IMG/VR virus record: IMGVR_UViG_3300029288_003766
Location: 25,787-89,786 of that record
Origin: a virus
Taxonomy: Duplodnaviria > Heunggongvirae > Uroviricota > Caudoviricetes
Strand: one strand, 5' to 3'
DNA length: 64,000 bases
Shown here: piece after piece, positions 52,387 to 61,760 of the stretch
How positions within the stretch are numbered: the first letter of the stretch is position 1
How the letters are laid out: every line of letters starts with the position of its first letter
The notes under the pieces: generated by a model
Told to the model about the DNA's origin: nothing
Database searches by the model: none
The model's input: the letters and a program-made list of their open reading frames with translations, nothing else
Translations under genes and position numbers: made by a program

Positions 52387-54141
52387 ATGAAATTTACAGA
52401 TGGTGTATATGGATATATTTATTTGGTACTTGATTTGGTAACTGGAATGCGTTATATTGGTAAGCACAAAAGCGGGGGGAAAATGAATCAATCAATAATA
52501 CGGTTATTTCATGCAGTTTCAATTGATAAGCATGACGGTAAGGCGGTTAACAAAAAATTGTTGTCAGAAACCGTCAAAAAAGGATTTATTTTTGCTCCTG
52601 AAGTAACAGCAAACTATTCTGAGAAAGAGTTGTTTGCTATGATTAATATCGTTGCTGATGAAGTAGGTTTAAGTTCTGATAAAATGAATAGTTCTTTTCA
52701 TAAATCGTGGCAAAAAGTGCGTGACGCTGATATTGAGCAATTAGTCCTCGAACAGATATTGCACTACATCACTACTTATGGTTTTGAAGCTATGGGTATT
52801 TATAGGAATGACTCTATCTACATTCCTCTTGAAGATTTAAAAATTCCTAAGTTAAACCTTGACAAAATATCTTTAGTTGTTATTAAAGGATATACCAAAG
52901 AAGAATTAAAGGAAAAATTAATCAACCTTTTGGGATCGGGCATTGCGTTAAAAGAGGATACAAAGAAAGATGTGATAGATATTATTACCTTTGTTGGCTT
53001 AAACGAGAACGAGGTATACAACATCAAGAATAAGGAAGTAAGGGCTGCCTTATACGATTATATGGATATATGTCCTATGCCTGAGGATTACCTTAATTCT
53101 ATTACTGCTTTATTGAAGCACGGAGTGGATATAGATAAGGATAATCTTATGAAAGAGCTTGGTAGAGTAAACACCTTTAGGAAGATACGATTAGCTTACG
53201 CTTTAAAGTATAGGACTAATGATAATGATGGGGTAGTAGTTGACTCAATACTTTACCGCATAAGGAATGGCAAGAGCTACGCTACAGGTTTTGATCTTGA
53301 TGACCCTAAAGGAATCATATTTAGGAATACAGTAAGAATATTAGATATTGTCCTTGATTCAATGGTGGATGATATTAGGCCTAATGTAGAAGGTAAGAAG
53401 ATCTGCATTCCTAAGAACATACAATATGCTTTGCCTACTACTGAGAAACAGTTTACCGGAGATTTCCCTTCAGGAACCTATGTTTCTTTCCCTAAGGATG
53501 CAATTGTGGGGGTTCACTGGGGTGATGTTGATTCTAACAGGATAGATCTTGACCTGTCTTTAATCAGGTGCGACGGTGGAAAGATTGGGTGGGATGCTTC
53601 TTACAGGAGTAAGGGCGGAGATACATTGTTCTCCGGTGATATGACTGCAGCTCCTAAGCCTAATGGTGCCTCAGAATTGTTTTATATCCAGAGGCAGACT
53701 AATGCTTCTTATATTCTTATGGTCAATTACTTTAACTATGATCAGGCTGTTCCTGTGCCTTTTAAGATTATTGTGGCCAGTGAGCAGGTTAATAAGGTCT
53801 TTGGCCATAACTATATGATTAACCCCAATAATATAGTCTGTGTTGCTAAGTCTAAAATGACTGAGAAACAGAAAGTACTTGGGCTACTGGTTACAACTCC
53901 CGATGAGTGTAGATTCTACTTTGCTGAGGCAAATATGGGTAATTCAATAACATCGGATGGTAATACTTATACAGAACAGGCACGAAAGTATTTGTTTGAT
54001 TTCTACACAAACACAATCAGCTTTAATGATATCTTGAGGAGGGCGGGAGCTGTGTTAGTAGGTAAGCAGAAGGATTGTGATATTGACCTTTCATATGAAA
54101 CGCTTGAGAAAGATAGTTTGATTAAGTTGATAACTAAGTGA
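52387..54141 (+). CDS. large protein with N-terminal GIY-YIG-like module fused to uncharacterised C-terminal region (584 aa)
   Basis: N-terminus GVYGYIYLVLDLVTGMRYIGKHK is GIY-YIG-like. The remaining 500 aa match nothing I recognise. Confidence 0.5.
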   Translation: MKFTDGVYGYIYLVLDLVTGMRYIGKHKSGGKMNQSIIRLFHAVSIDKHDGKAVNKKLLSETVKKGFIFAPEVTANYSEKELFAMINIVADEVGLSSDKMNSSFHKSWQKVRDADIEQLVLEQILHYITTYGFEAMGIYRNDSIYIPLEDLKIPKLNLDKISLVVIKGYTKEELKEKLINLLGSGIALKEDTKKDVIDIITFVGLNENEVYNIKNKEVRAALYDYMDICPMPEDYLNSITALLKHGVDIDKDNLMKELGRVNTFRKIRLAYALKYRTNDNDGVVVDSILYRIRNGKSYATGFDLDDPKGIIFRNTVRILDIVLDSMVDDIRPNVEGKKICIPKNIQYALPTTEKQFTGDFPSGTYVSFPKDAIVGVHWGDVDSNRIDLDLSLIRCDGGKIGWDASYRSKGGDTLFSGDMTAAPKPNGASELFYIQRQTNASYILMVNYFNYDQAVPVPFKIIVASEQVNKVFGHNYMINPNNIVCVAKSKMTEKQKVLGLLVTTPDECRFYFAEANMGNSITSDGNTYTEQARKYLFDFYTNTISFNDILRRAGAVLVGKQKDCDIDLSYETLEKDSLIKLITK

Positions 54142-54298
54142 GGATACATGAGAGTACTGGTAGGTTATAAACAAGTTAGATGCCCGGATTGCGGGGGATG
54201 AAGACTGTTCCTATTTTTGAAGAATTAATCGAAGAGAAACCGCAAAATTTTATAGATCCTGTGGGTAAACCTTGTAAATGTGAAAAAGAGGATATAAT

Positions 54299-54544
54299 AT
54301 GAATGAGATTTATAAGCCTGAAACATTCAAACAAAAGTTGGGTTATCTTATTGAGGAATGCGGTGAAACAATGGCAGCGGTAGGGAAGACAATTCGTTGG
54401 GGGCTTGACTCATTTAATCCTGAATTACCGGAAAAAGATCAAGAACTTAATCGGGATTGGATTAAACGAGAACTAAAAGATCTAAGACGGGCTATTCAGT
54501 TTGTTGAAGATGAAATAGATGCTGTATTAACAAACGAGGTCTAA
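54299..54544 (+). CDS. MazG-like nucleoside triphosphate pyrophosphohydrolase (small all-alpha NTP-PPase)
   Basis: LIEECGETMAAVGK (EExGE metal-binding motif) and FVEDEIDAV acidic second motif; 81 aa. Confidence 0.55.
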   Translation: MNEIYKPETFKQKLGYLIEECGETMAAVGKTIRWGLDSFNPELPEKDQELNRDWIKRELKDLRRAIQFVEDEIDAVLTNEV

Positions 54545-55123
54545 ATGTTTGATCCTAGGATTGAAGTGTTAAAGAAAGTCAAATGGAATGGTGAAAAACA
54601 AGTTGGTTTTGAATTTGAATCTGGTGTGTGCTGGAGCGGTGCAAAGAGGAAAGATTTTTGGCACCCGGATGATAACTGGGAAAAGATTATTAAGCCCGGA
54701 TGCAAGATTAGGACTTGGACCGTTCAATGGTGTATAGTTCTTGGGTTTGAAGTTTGGGTTGATGATGCTAATTGGGGGAAGAATCAAACTGATAATTGGA
54801 GGTCGGTTTGGTGCTTAGCTAACAACTTTGAGATCAAATCCGAACGCAAAAAACAGGAAGATGGCTATGCTAATTTTATCCGAAAAGAAGGCATTAAAAT
54901 AGCTAAGCTTATAGATAAAGGGAAATCCTTGAAAGAGCTTGATAAATTGATTTCTAAAGAGCATAGCGGGAATACTTATGCTTGTGCTTTAAGTATAGGG
55001 ATCAGTAAAGCAAGGAATAAAGTAAACGCTGATAAGGTTCGCAAAGAACACAACGAACTTTGGGGTGTTAAAGAAGCAGATGGTGTGGTTAACCCAGCAG
55101 TTTTAACTGTTTCTGCTAAATAG
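54545..55123 (+). CDS. hypothetical Trp-rich protein (192 aa)
   Basis: Coupled (TAAATG) to upstream gene. Confidence 0.45.
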   Translation: MFDPRIEVLKKVKWNGEKQVGFEFESGVCWSGAKRKDFWHPDDNWEKIIKPGCKIRTWTVQWCIVLGFEVWVDDANWGKNQTDNWRSVWCLANNFEIKSERKKQEDGYANFIRKEGIKIAKLIDKGKSLKELDKLISKEHSGNTYACALSIGISKARNKVNADKVRKEHNELWGVKEADGVVNPAVLTVSAK

Positions 55124-55125
55124 AT

Positions 55126-55521
55126 ATGGAAGATAAGAAAAAACTCTTTTATTACTTAGATAATATCTACATCAAGAAAGAGATTCCAGATGATTCAGAA
55201 ATAAGATCTCTGGTATGGCCGATTAACCGCTTCTTAAGTATGGAGAAGGATCTTCTTAAGGAAGTTGCTGAGCTTTCCAAATATATGTTCACATTGGGCG
55301 CTCAATATTATAAATTGTTATTGCGGGTAGTCCCAAAACTTAACCGATCTCCGAGAAATAAATATATTAAAGTAGAGAAAGAAGTTGATGATGATCTTTT
55401 AGATAGATATACTCAGTATTTCCAATTGAGCCGGCGAGAAGTCAGAGATTATTTGAAAATACTATTTAAACAGCGTAGTAAAAAAGAGATATATGAGTTT
55501 GTGGGCCTTGAGGCTAAATGA
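55126..55521 (+). CDS. hypothetical protein (131 aa)
   Basis: Coupled ORF. Confidence 0.45.
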   Translation: MEDKKKLFYYLDNIYIKKEIPDDSEIRSLVWPINRFLSMEKDLLKEVAELSKYMFTLGAQYYKLLLRVVPKLNRSPRNKYIKVEKEVDDDLLDRYTQYFQLSRREVRDYLKILFKQRSKKEIYEFVGLEAK

Positions 55522-56153
55522 TGGTATATGGGTATATTTATGAAACAATGAACAGACATAACGGAATGATTTATATTGGGAAATTAAAAGGAAAATTTAA
55601 CTCATCATATTATGGTAGTGGTGTTGTTCTAAATCTAGCTATAAATAAGTATGGAAAAGATAGTTTTGCAATAAGAATAATTGATTACGCTGAAACTAAA
55701 CACCGTTTGAATAAAATGGAGAAGGCCTACATTTCAGCTTATCGAACAGTATACGGAAAAGAAAGTATGTATAATATTTCCGATGGTGGAGATGGCGGTG
55801 GTGGTTGTAAGTATCATAAAATAAATTGTGATTGCGGGTTTTGCAAAGCCCAACGGGGTGAGGCTAAAAAAGAAGATAATCCATTTTTTAATAAACATCA
55901 TTCTGAAAAAACGAGAAAGAAGATGAGTTTAGCTAAGAAAATACAACCATCACCTGGAATGACTGGTAAACATCATTCAAAAGAATCAAATGATAAGAAT
56001 AGATGTGCTCATATGGGGGTAATTCCAGCTAATAAAGGAAAAAAGGGTTTACAGATAGCTTGGAATAAAGGCCTCACTAAAGAAACTGATGAACGAGTTA
56101 GGAAAAATATACAAAATCGAATAGAAAATTACAAGAAAAATAAGACATTTTAA
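55518..56153 (+). CDS. GIY-YIG homing endonuclease with NUMOD3 repeats
   Basis: VYGYIYETMNRHNGMIYIGK, YNISDGGDGGGG, CDCGFCKAQRGE zinc knuckle, basic NUMOD3-like repeats. Confidence 0.75.
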   Translation: MMVYGYIYETMNRHNGMIYIGKLKGKFNSSYYGSGVVLNLAINKYGKDSFAIRIIDYAETKHRLNKMEKAYISAYRTVYGKESMYNISDGGDGGGGCKYHKINCDCGFCKAQRGEAKKEDNPFFNKHHSEKTRKKMSLAKKIQPSPGMTGKHHSKESNDKNRCAHMGVIPANKGKKGLQIAWNKGLTKETDERVRKNIQNRIENYKKNKTF

Positions 56154-56177
56154 ATATGAAAGTGGTTTAATATATTA

Positions 56178-58619
56178 ATGACTAATATCTCTGATCTTAT
56201 CTCTGTCCATAAAGACAACGCTCACAAACGTGCCCAATGCTCTGAATGTCCTTATATAGGCAGAACATTTGTCCCAGCTAGTGTCTCCCCTCATAGTGAT
56301 CTTATTATTGTTGGAGAGGCCCCGGGGCAAAGTGAGGCGTCGCAGGGTACTCCTTTTGTCGGAGAAAGCGGTCAGTTGCTTAGGAGAACTTTACATGATG
56401 TGGGTTTCGACGTTCCAAGCATTACATTCACGAACGCATGCCATTGCCACCCTCCGGGCAACGAACAACCTCATAAGAAGGCGCAAGATCTTTGCACCAA
56501 GATGTATTTGTTCAATGAAATAAAAGAGCTCAAGCCAAAACTAGTTGTGCTTGCTGGCTCAACAGCCTTAAATATTTTCTTTCCAAAAGAAAAGATAATG
56601 AACAAGGCGGGCAACTTCTTAGAAGCTCAGGGTATGAGGTTTTTGCCTGTTCTTCACCCCGCTTACTGCTTAAGAAATCCCATGTCTGTTCCGAGACTAA
56701 GAAAGGATTTAAAAAAGGCTTACCAGTATCTTAATAATGAAATGTCTGATAAGCATAATTTTATTGTTGTAGATACTATAGAGAAGCTTGAGGGTGCCCG
56801 CCAAGATTTGGTTATTAGGCCCCCCGATGTAATGGCTTTTGATGTTGAAACTAATGAGCTCTTAGATGTATTTGATAAAAATATGGTCTTATGGGCTATC
56901 GGTTTTAGTGCCGGCGACGATAAATGTTATTCTATTCCTCTTGATCACCCTGAAAATGATAATATTGAATTTAGAGGGATGTGTTGGGATCTTGCAAAAA
57001 CAACTTTGGGGAACGCTGCTAAGAAAATAGCTCATAATGCTGCTTTTGATCTAAAAGTACTCAAAAAAATGGGTATTGGCTACAAGAACTTCTACGCGGA
57101 TACGATGGTAATGGCTTTTTTACTGGATGAAAACAGATATTCTGTAGGTTTGAAACAGTTATCATCAGAATACTTAGACGGCTGTATGTATGAATTTACT
57201 AAAGATCTTAAAAACCTATGTGTATACAATTCCGAGGACTGTAATAACACAATAGGTCTTTTCCATAAATTTGAACCAGAACTTATAATATACCAGAGAT
57301 TATGGATCCTATTTGAGAAGATCCTGATGCCAATGATTGAAGTAATTGTAGATATGGAACTGGATGGTGTATTTATAGACACAAAAGCAAGTAGTAAACT
57401 GACTGTTGATCTTCATAGAAAGTTGGATGCGGTTTATGAAAGTATAGCAGATAAGTTCCCGCAAGCTAATGGTGTTAATCTTAACTCTACTAAGCAGCTT
57501 CGTGAACTTATGTTTGAGAAATTAAAGTACCCTCAGGGAAGATTGACAGATAAGGGTGAACTTTTAGCAAAGGTTAGAGGCGGCAGACATAGATTAACAA
57601 AAGAAGAACTTAAAGATAATTTAAGTACAGATAATGAAGTGTTGGAGAGTCTATCACATAAAGGGCATAAACTAGCGACTTATTTATTAAAGATTCGTAA
57701 ATATGAGAAGTTGCTCTCTACCTATGTGGAAAAACTACCTAAGATAATTAAGGATGATGGTAAGATACACGGTCATTTTAATCTTACAGGAGCTCGCACA
57801 GGTAGAACATCATCTAGCGATCCAAATCTCCAAAACATACCCACAGATAAGTTAGTCAAGGGTATGTTTGTAGCTTCACCGGGTAATATGTTATTACAAG
57901 CAGACTTCTCACAGGCCGAATTGCGAGTTGGTTGTTCTATTGCTAATGAACCAACGATGATAAAAGCCTACCAGGAGGGGAGGGATGTACATAAACTAAC
58001 TGCTTCTAAAGCTCTCGGTGTTGATGAAGATGCTGTTACAAAAGCACAAAGGCAAATAGCTAAGGGAATTAACTTTGGTTTCATCTACGGTGCGTCTGCT
58101 GAGGGGTTCCAAAGGCTGATGGAACATGATTATGGTATTAAACTATCATTAGAGGAGTGCGTTAACTTCAGGCAGGCGTATTTTGCTACTTACTCTGGTT
58201 TTCTTAGCTGGTATGATAGAATACGGGATTCTTTAAGAGAGTTTGGATATGTTGAGTATCCTACGGGGAGATTTAGAAGGTTTCCTGAAGTAAAGGGTAA
58301 AGATAGAATACCTGATGATATATTTAGGCAGGCTGCTAACAGCCCTGTTCAAGGATCATCAAGTGATATTTTATTATTTACTATGGTTAAGATAAAGAAA
58401 ATAATAAAAAAATACAAATTATCGGTGAAGATTATTTTGACTGTGCATGATTCTATAGTATTTGATGGGCCGGAGGATGATTTAAGATCTATTATTGTGC
58501 CTGAGATGAATAATATATGTGTTGATGACGTACCGAAACAATTTGGATGGCTTAAGGTCCCAATGAAATTTGATTATTCAATAGGTCCTAATTGGGGGGA
58601 GCTTGCGGAAATAAAGTAA
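56178..58619 (+). CDS. family A DNA polymerase with N-terminal UDG-superfamily (family-4-like) domain and 3'-5' exonuclease domain
   Basis: N-term GEAPGQSEA...PFVGESGQLL and VLHPAYCLRNP (UDG family 4-like motifs). Exo motif MAFDVETNEL. Pol motif A LLQADFSQAELRV, motif B KGINFGFIYGAS, motif C LTVHDSIVFD. Confidence 0.85.
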   Translation: MTNISDLISVHKDNAHKRAQCSECPYIGRTFVPASVSPHSDLIIVGEAPGQSEASQGTPFVGESGQLLRRTLHDVGFDVPSITFTNACHCHPPGNEQPHKKAQDLCTKMYLFNEIKELKPKLVVLAGSTALNIFFPKEKIMNKAGNFLEAQGMRFLPVLHPAYCLRNPMSVPRLRKDLKKAYQYLNNEMSDKHNFIVVDTIEKLEGARQDLVIRPPDVMAFDVETNELLDVFDKNMVLWAIGFSAGDDKCYSIPLDHPENDNIEFRGMCWDLAKTTLGNAAKKIAHNAAFDLKVLKKMGIGYKNFYADTMVMAFLLDENRYSVGLKQLSSEYLDGCMYEFTKDLKNLCVYNSEDCNNTIGLFHKFEPELIIYQRLWILFEKILMPMIEVIVDMELDGVFIDTKASSKLTVDLHRKLDAVYESIADKFPQANGVNLNSTKQLRELMFEKLKYPQGRLTDKGELLAKVRGGRHRLTKEELKDNLSTDNEVLESLSHKGHKLATYLLKIRKYEKLLSTYVEKLPKIIKDDGKIHGHFNLTGARTGRTSSSDPNLQNIPTDKLVKGMFVASPGNMLLQADFSQAELRVGCSIANEPTMIKAYQEGRDVHKLTASKALGVDEDAVTKAQRQIAKGINFGFIYGASAEGFQRLMEHDYGIKLSLEECVNFRQAYFATYSGFLSWYDRIRDSLREFGYVEYPTGRFRRFPEVKGKDRIPDDIFRQAANSPVQGSSSDILLFTMVKIKKIIKKYKLSVKIILTVHDSIVFDGPEDDLRSIIVPEMNNICVDDVPKQFGWLKVPMKFDYSIGPNWGELAEIK

Positions 58620-58638
58620 ATTTGCTAAGGAGGACATA

Positions 58639-59610
58639 ATGGGTTTAGAAGAGTTTGGAACAAAAGTAGATGATGAGCGCAAAGATAAACCATTGAGAGC
58701 AAGCGATAACGCACCATCTATAAGTAAAGAAGAATCAACCAATGAGGCGCATAAACTAAGTAAAACTCAATGGGCTGTTATTGGTGATAAGGAGTATATT
58801 GCTTGTTCATCTACGGTAAAGATATTGAAACCCGGGATGTATTATATAATTTATGATCAAAGGTATGGTTCTGTGTTTATAGAGCACTCTTTAAATACAG
58901 ATGATTTGATTGATTTTCCTGATACTATATTTGACCGGGCGGAAAAGGAAATAGAGAATTTTTGGGCACTTAATCAGGAGTTTAAGAACTATGGTTTTCT
59001 GCATAGGCGAGGTTTTTTATTATATGGTCCTGCTGGTGGGGGGAAAAGTTGCCTAGTAAGTAGGATTTGTAAGAATATTATAAATAGGGGTGGTATTGTA
59101 TTTGAATGTATAAAAAGTGTAGACGCTTTTTTTAACGGCCTGGCCCAATTTAGGACAGTTGAGCCTGATCGGCAGATGGTTTGTATTTTTGAGGATATTG
59201 ACGCTTTGATAGAACAGTTTGGAGAGGCCGGTATTCTTTCATTACTAGATGGTGAGAATCAAGTGGACCATGTAATTAATATAGCCAGTACCAACTACCC
59301 AGAGAGGCTGGATAAACGTATAGTATCTAGGCCAAGAAGATTTGACAGGATAATAAAAGTGGGTATGCCCGATGAGAATATTCGTAGGGTATTTTTTGAG
59401 AAGAAATTGAAAATAAATGGAGATGATATAGATAAATGGGTAAAAGCTAGTGATGGATTATCTTTCGCGGCTCTATCAGAAATGGTTATTGGTGTTAAAT
59501 GTCTAAAGAACGACTTTGATGAAGTTATATCTAGGCTAAAGGAGATGACCAGTAAAAAGGTATCAAGTTCGGAGTTTGACAATAGTTCTGTTGGCTTCAA
59601 ACATGAGTAA
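58639..59610 (+). CDS. AAA-family ATPase
   Basis: Walker A LLYGPAGGGKSCL, Walker B VCIFEDIDAL. Confidence 0.6.
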   Translation: MGLEEFGTKVDDERKDKPLRASDNAPSISKEESTNEAHKLSKTQWAVIGDKEYIACSSTVKILKPGMYYIIYDQRYGSVFIEHSLNTDDLIDFPDTIFDRAEKEIENFWALNQEFKNYGFLHRRGFLLYGPAGGGKSCLVSRICKNIINRGGIVFECIKSVDAFFNGLAQFRTVEPDRQMVCIFEDIDALIEQFGEAGILSLLDGENQVDHVINIASTNYPERLDKRIVSRPRRFDRIIKVGMPDENIRRVFFEKKLKINGDDIDKWVKASDGLSFAALSEMVIGVKCLKNDFDEVISRLKEMTSKKVSSSEFDNSSVGFKHE

Positions 59611-59624
59611 AATAGATTAAAAAA

Positions 59625-59666
59625 ATCATAACTTTTTCCTATCTCCCAGCTATAATATAGTAGGAG
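59625..59666 (+). promoter_or_regulatory. conserved promoter-like motif copy D
   Basis: ATCATAACTTTTTCCTATCTCCCAGCTATAATATAGTAGGAG; 19 nt upstream of the ATG at 59685. Confidence 0.5.
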
Positions 59667-59684
59667 GTAGAAAGGAACCTTACA

Positions 59685-59843
59685 ATGAATGAGGACAAAC
59701 AGGATAAGGTGGTCAACGAGATCTTACGAATTGCTAAAGAAGATGTTCCTTTTGGTAAATTTAAGTTGACAATAAAGGTTCACCAAGGTAAGATAGTGGG
59801 GATGGAAGAAGAACATAAAGAAAGAACAACGATTATAGTCTAA
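59685..59843 (+). CDS. hypothetical small protein (52 aa)
   Basis: ATG after conserved promoter motif and GGAGG; unlisted in track. Confidence 0.3.
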   Translation: MNEDKQDKVVNEILRIAKEDVPFGKFKLTIKVHQGKIVGMEEEHKERTTIIV

Positions 59844-59866
59844 AATTTGCTGGCTCGTTAGTCGAG

Positions 59867-59918
59867 AAGCACAATTGTGATGGATAACAAATGTTATCCT
59901 CATGGTTGTGCTTTTTTT
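59867..59918 (+). terminator. Rho-independent terminator
   Basis: AAGCACAA (59867-59874) pairs with TTGTGCTT (59906-59913), followed by a T-run to 59918. Nested inverted repeat GGATAACA/TGTTATCC in the loop. Confidence 0.6.
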
Positions 59919-59947
59919 ATTAATCGGATATGAGGAGGTGATAAAAA

Positions 59948-60421
59948 GTGGATTTGAATATGTCAGTAAGAGTTAATATTGGGGACAAGGTATTTGATGG
60001 TACTATACGAGATGTATTGCTGATCAATGAAGCTACCTTGACCGATGAATTCATAAAACAGCCTTCGACTTATGCATATTTTGCGGCTTTATCAGAATTC
60101 GCGGTAGCTGATGTGGAACAGAAAAAATTAGCACTTTCAGTCCTTGAGGCTAATTTGGATTCGCAGAAACGCCTTGAACTTAAGGATACGAAGGTAACTG
60201 AAGCTGTTATTAAATCAGCTATTGTTAAAGATAAAAAATACCAGATGATGGTCGAAGAGATAATTGAAGCAGAGCGTCAGCTAGGTATTTTAAAATCTCT
60301 TGTAGAAGGTTTAAAACAACGAAAAGATATGCTTATTCAAATAGGAAGTACTAAAAGACAAGAGATGGTTTTGAGTGATTTTGGGATTAATGTTACAAAG
60401 ATAAGAGAGAATAACCAATAA
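59948..60421 (+). CDS. hypothetical protein (157 aa)
   Basis: GGAGG 9 nt upstream of GTG 59948; alternative ATG at 59960. Confidence 0.45.
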   Translation: MDLNMSVRVNIGDKVFDGTIRDVLLINEATLTDEFIKQPSTYAYFAALSEFAVADVEQKKLALSVLEANLDSQKRLELKDTKVTEAVIKSAIVKDKKYQMMVEEIIEAERQLGILKSLVEGLKQRKDMLIQIGSTKRQEMVLSDFGINVTKIRENNQ

Positions 60422-60432
60422 GGAGCAGAGTA

Positions 60433-60672
60433 ATGTACCATATCAAGGAACCTATTTGGAAAGATCGTTCTATTAGTATTGCTAGATTCAGAGTAGGACC
60501 TGATGGATTGGACATTGCTATTGATTATAAAAACAGACAAGGAGAATTAGTTTTTCCTGATATATATCACTTATCTTATGAAGTAGCTATTAACCATCCC
60601 GGGATTCCAATAAGAGGAATTTCTACTTATCATGTTCCAATAGATATATTAGAGATAAAAAACAACAAATAA
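60433..60672 (+). CDS. hypothetical protein (79 aa)
   Basis: AGGAG RBS. Confidence 0.4.
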   Translation: MYHIKEPIWKDRSISIARFRVGPDGLDIAIDYKNRQGELVFPDIYHLSYEVAINHPGIPIRGISTYHVPIDILEIKNNK

Positions 60673-60684
60673 AAGGAGGAACAA

Positions 60685-61611
60685 ATGGCACTTGATATTG
60701 CAAAACTAAAAGAAACTTTTGAAAAGAAGTCGGGTCGTGGAGGATTTGAACTTAAAGATGGTGATAACATGATCAGAATACTTCCACCTTCAACTAAGTA
60801 TTTGGTTGAAACAGTTGTTTATATATCGTTTGATTATTGGATACACTACAAATTAGGCCCAGAAGGTAGAACGAATGAAGTATGCCCTAAAACAGCCGGC
60901 CGTGATGTTAGATGTCCTATTTGTGAGGCTGTTGCTAAACTTTACAGAATGAATACACCTGAGGACAAAGAACTTGCTGGAAGGTTAAGAGCGAAAAAGA
61001 GACATTTGTTCAATGTAATTGATTTGGATGATAAAGAAAAAGGTATCCAAATACTTGAGGTTGGTATAAATGTTTATAAAGATCTTGTTTCGTTCATTAC
61101 CCATCCGAAGTGGGGTGATTTGCTTGATTTGGACAAGGGTAGGGATGTTACTATTACAAAAACAAACAGAAAAGAAACTAAGAGTGGATATGAGGAGTAT
61201 AGCGTGGCCCCTGATCCTACAGTTTCTTCAGCTAGGGAATACTTACCTAAGAACTTTAAAGAAGCACTTAATCAGCTTCAGAAAGCTATTCCGCAGGCCA
61301 AGACTTATGAAGAATTAAAGACAATTTTGGAAGGTGGGGACAGTAATGTTGATGTTGGTGCTGTGAAAGCTACATCAATTTCTGATAATTATCCCGAAAC
61401 GGAAGAAGATTCAGTAGAGGTAAATACCCCCGCCCAAGTTGAAAAGCCCCGTGCTAAAGCAGCTTCTAAAAAAGTTGAAGCACCTATAGAAGAACCATCT
61501 GATGATGATTTGCCTCCTTGCTATGGTGAACAATATGGACCTCGTAGGGCGGAGTGTGTTGCTTGTTCAGTTAGGCCAGATTGTCGTGATAAATTCCTAG
61601 AAACTGAATAA
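60685..61611 (+). CDS. gp32-like single-stranded DNA-binding protein
   Basis: GGFELKDGDNMIRILPPS resembles the T4 gp32 AVIRFLPSK region. Zinc site CPKTAGRDVRCPICEA resembles the gp32 CSSTHGDYDSCPVCQY site. Acidic C-terminal tail. Confidence 0.65.
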   Translation: MALDIAKLKETFEKKSGRGGFELKDGDNMIRILPPSTKYLVETVVYISFDYWIHYKLGPEGRTNEVCPKTAGRDVRCPICEAVAKLYRMNTPEDKELAGRLRAKKRHLFNVIDLDDKEKGIQILEVGINVYKDLVSFITHPKWGDLLDLDKGRDVTITKTNRKETKSGYEEYSVAPDPTVSSAREYLPKNFKEALNQLQKAIPQAKTYEELKTILEGGDSNVDVGAVKATSISDNYPETEEDSVEVNTPAQVEKPRAKAASKKVEAPIEEPSDDDLPPCYGEQYGPRRAECVACSVRPDCRDKFLETE

Positions 61612-61619
61612 ATAACAAG

Positions 61620-61740
61620 TAGGCTGTTGGCGTGATGAACACGCAAGCCAGAATCTTCAGTCTTAGTCCGGCTGCACATTAGGGTGCAATGAAACGGAAA
61701 TCGAAGCTAAGACAAAGCAGGTAAAAATCCTGCCAGCCTA
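61620..61740 (+). ncRNA. structured RNA candidate, family member E4 (TAGGCTGTTGGCGTG... closed by CAGCCTA)
   Basis: TAGGCTG (61620-61626) pairs with CAGCCTA (61734-61740). Internal GCGTG-ATGAA-CACGC and GCAGG-TAAAAAT-CCTGC hairpins. Same 5' motif as E2. Confidence 0.45.
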
Positions 61741-61760
61741 GTTTAAATAAGGAGTAATAC

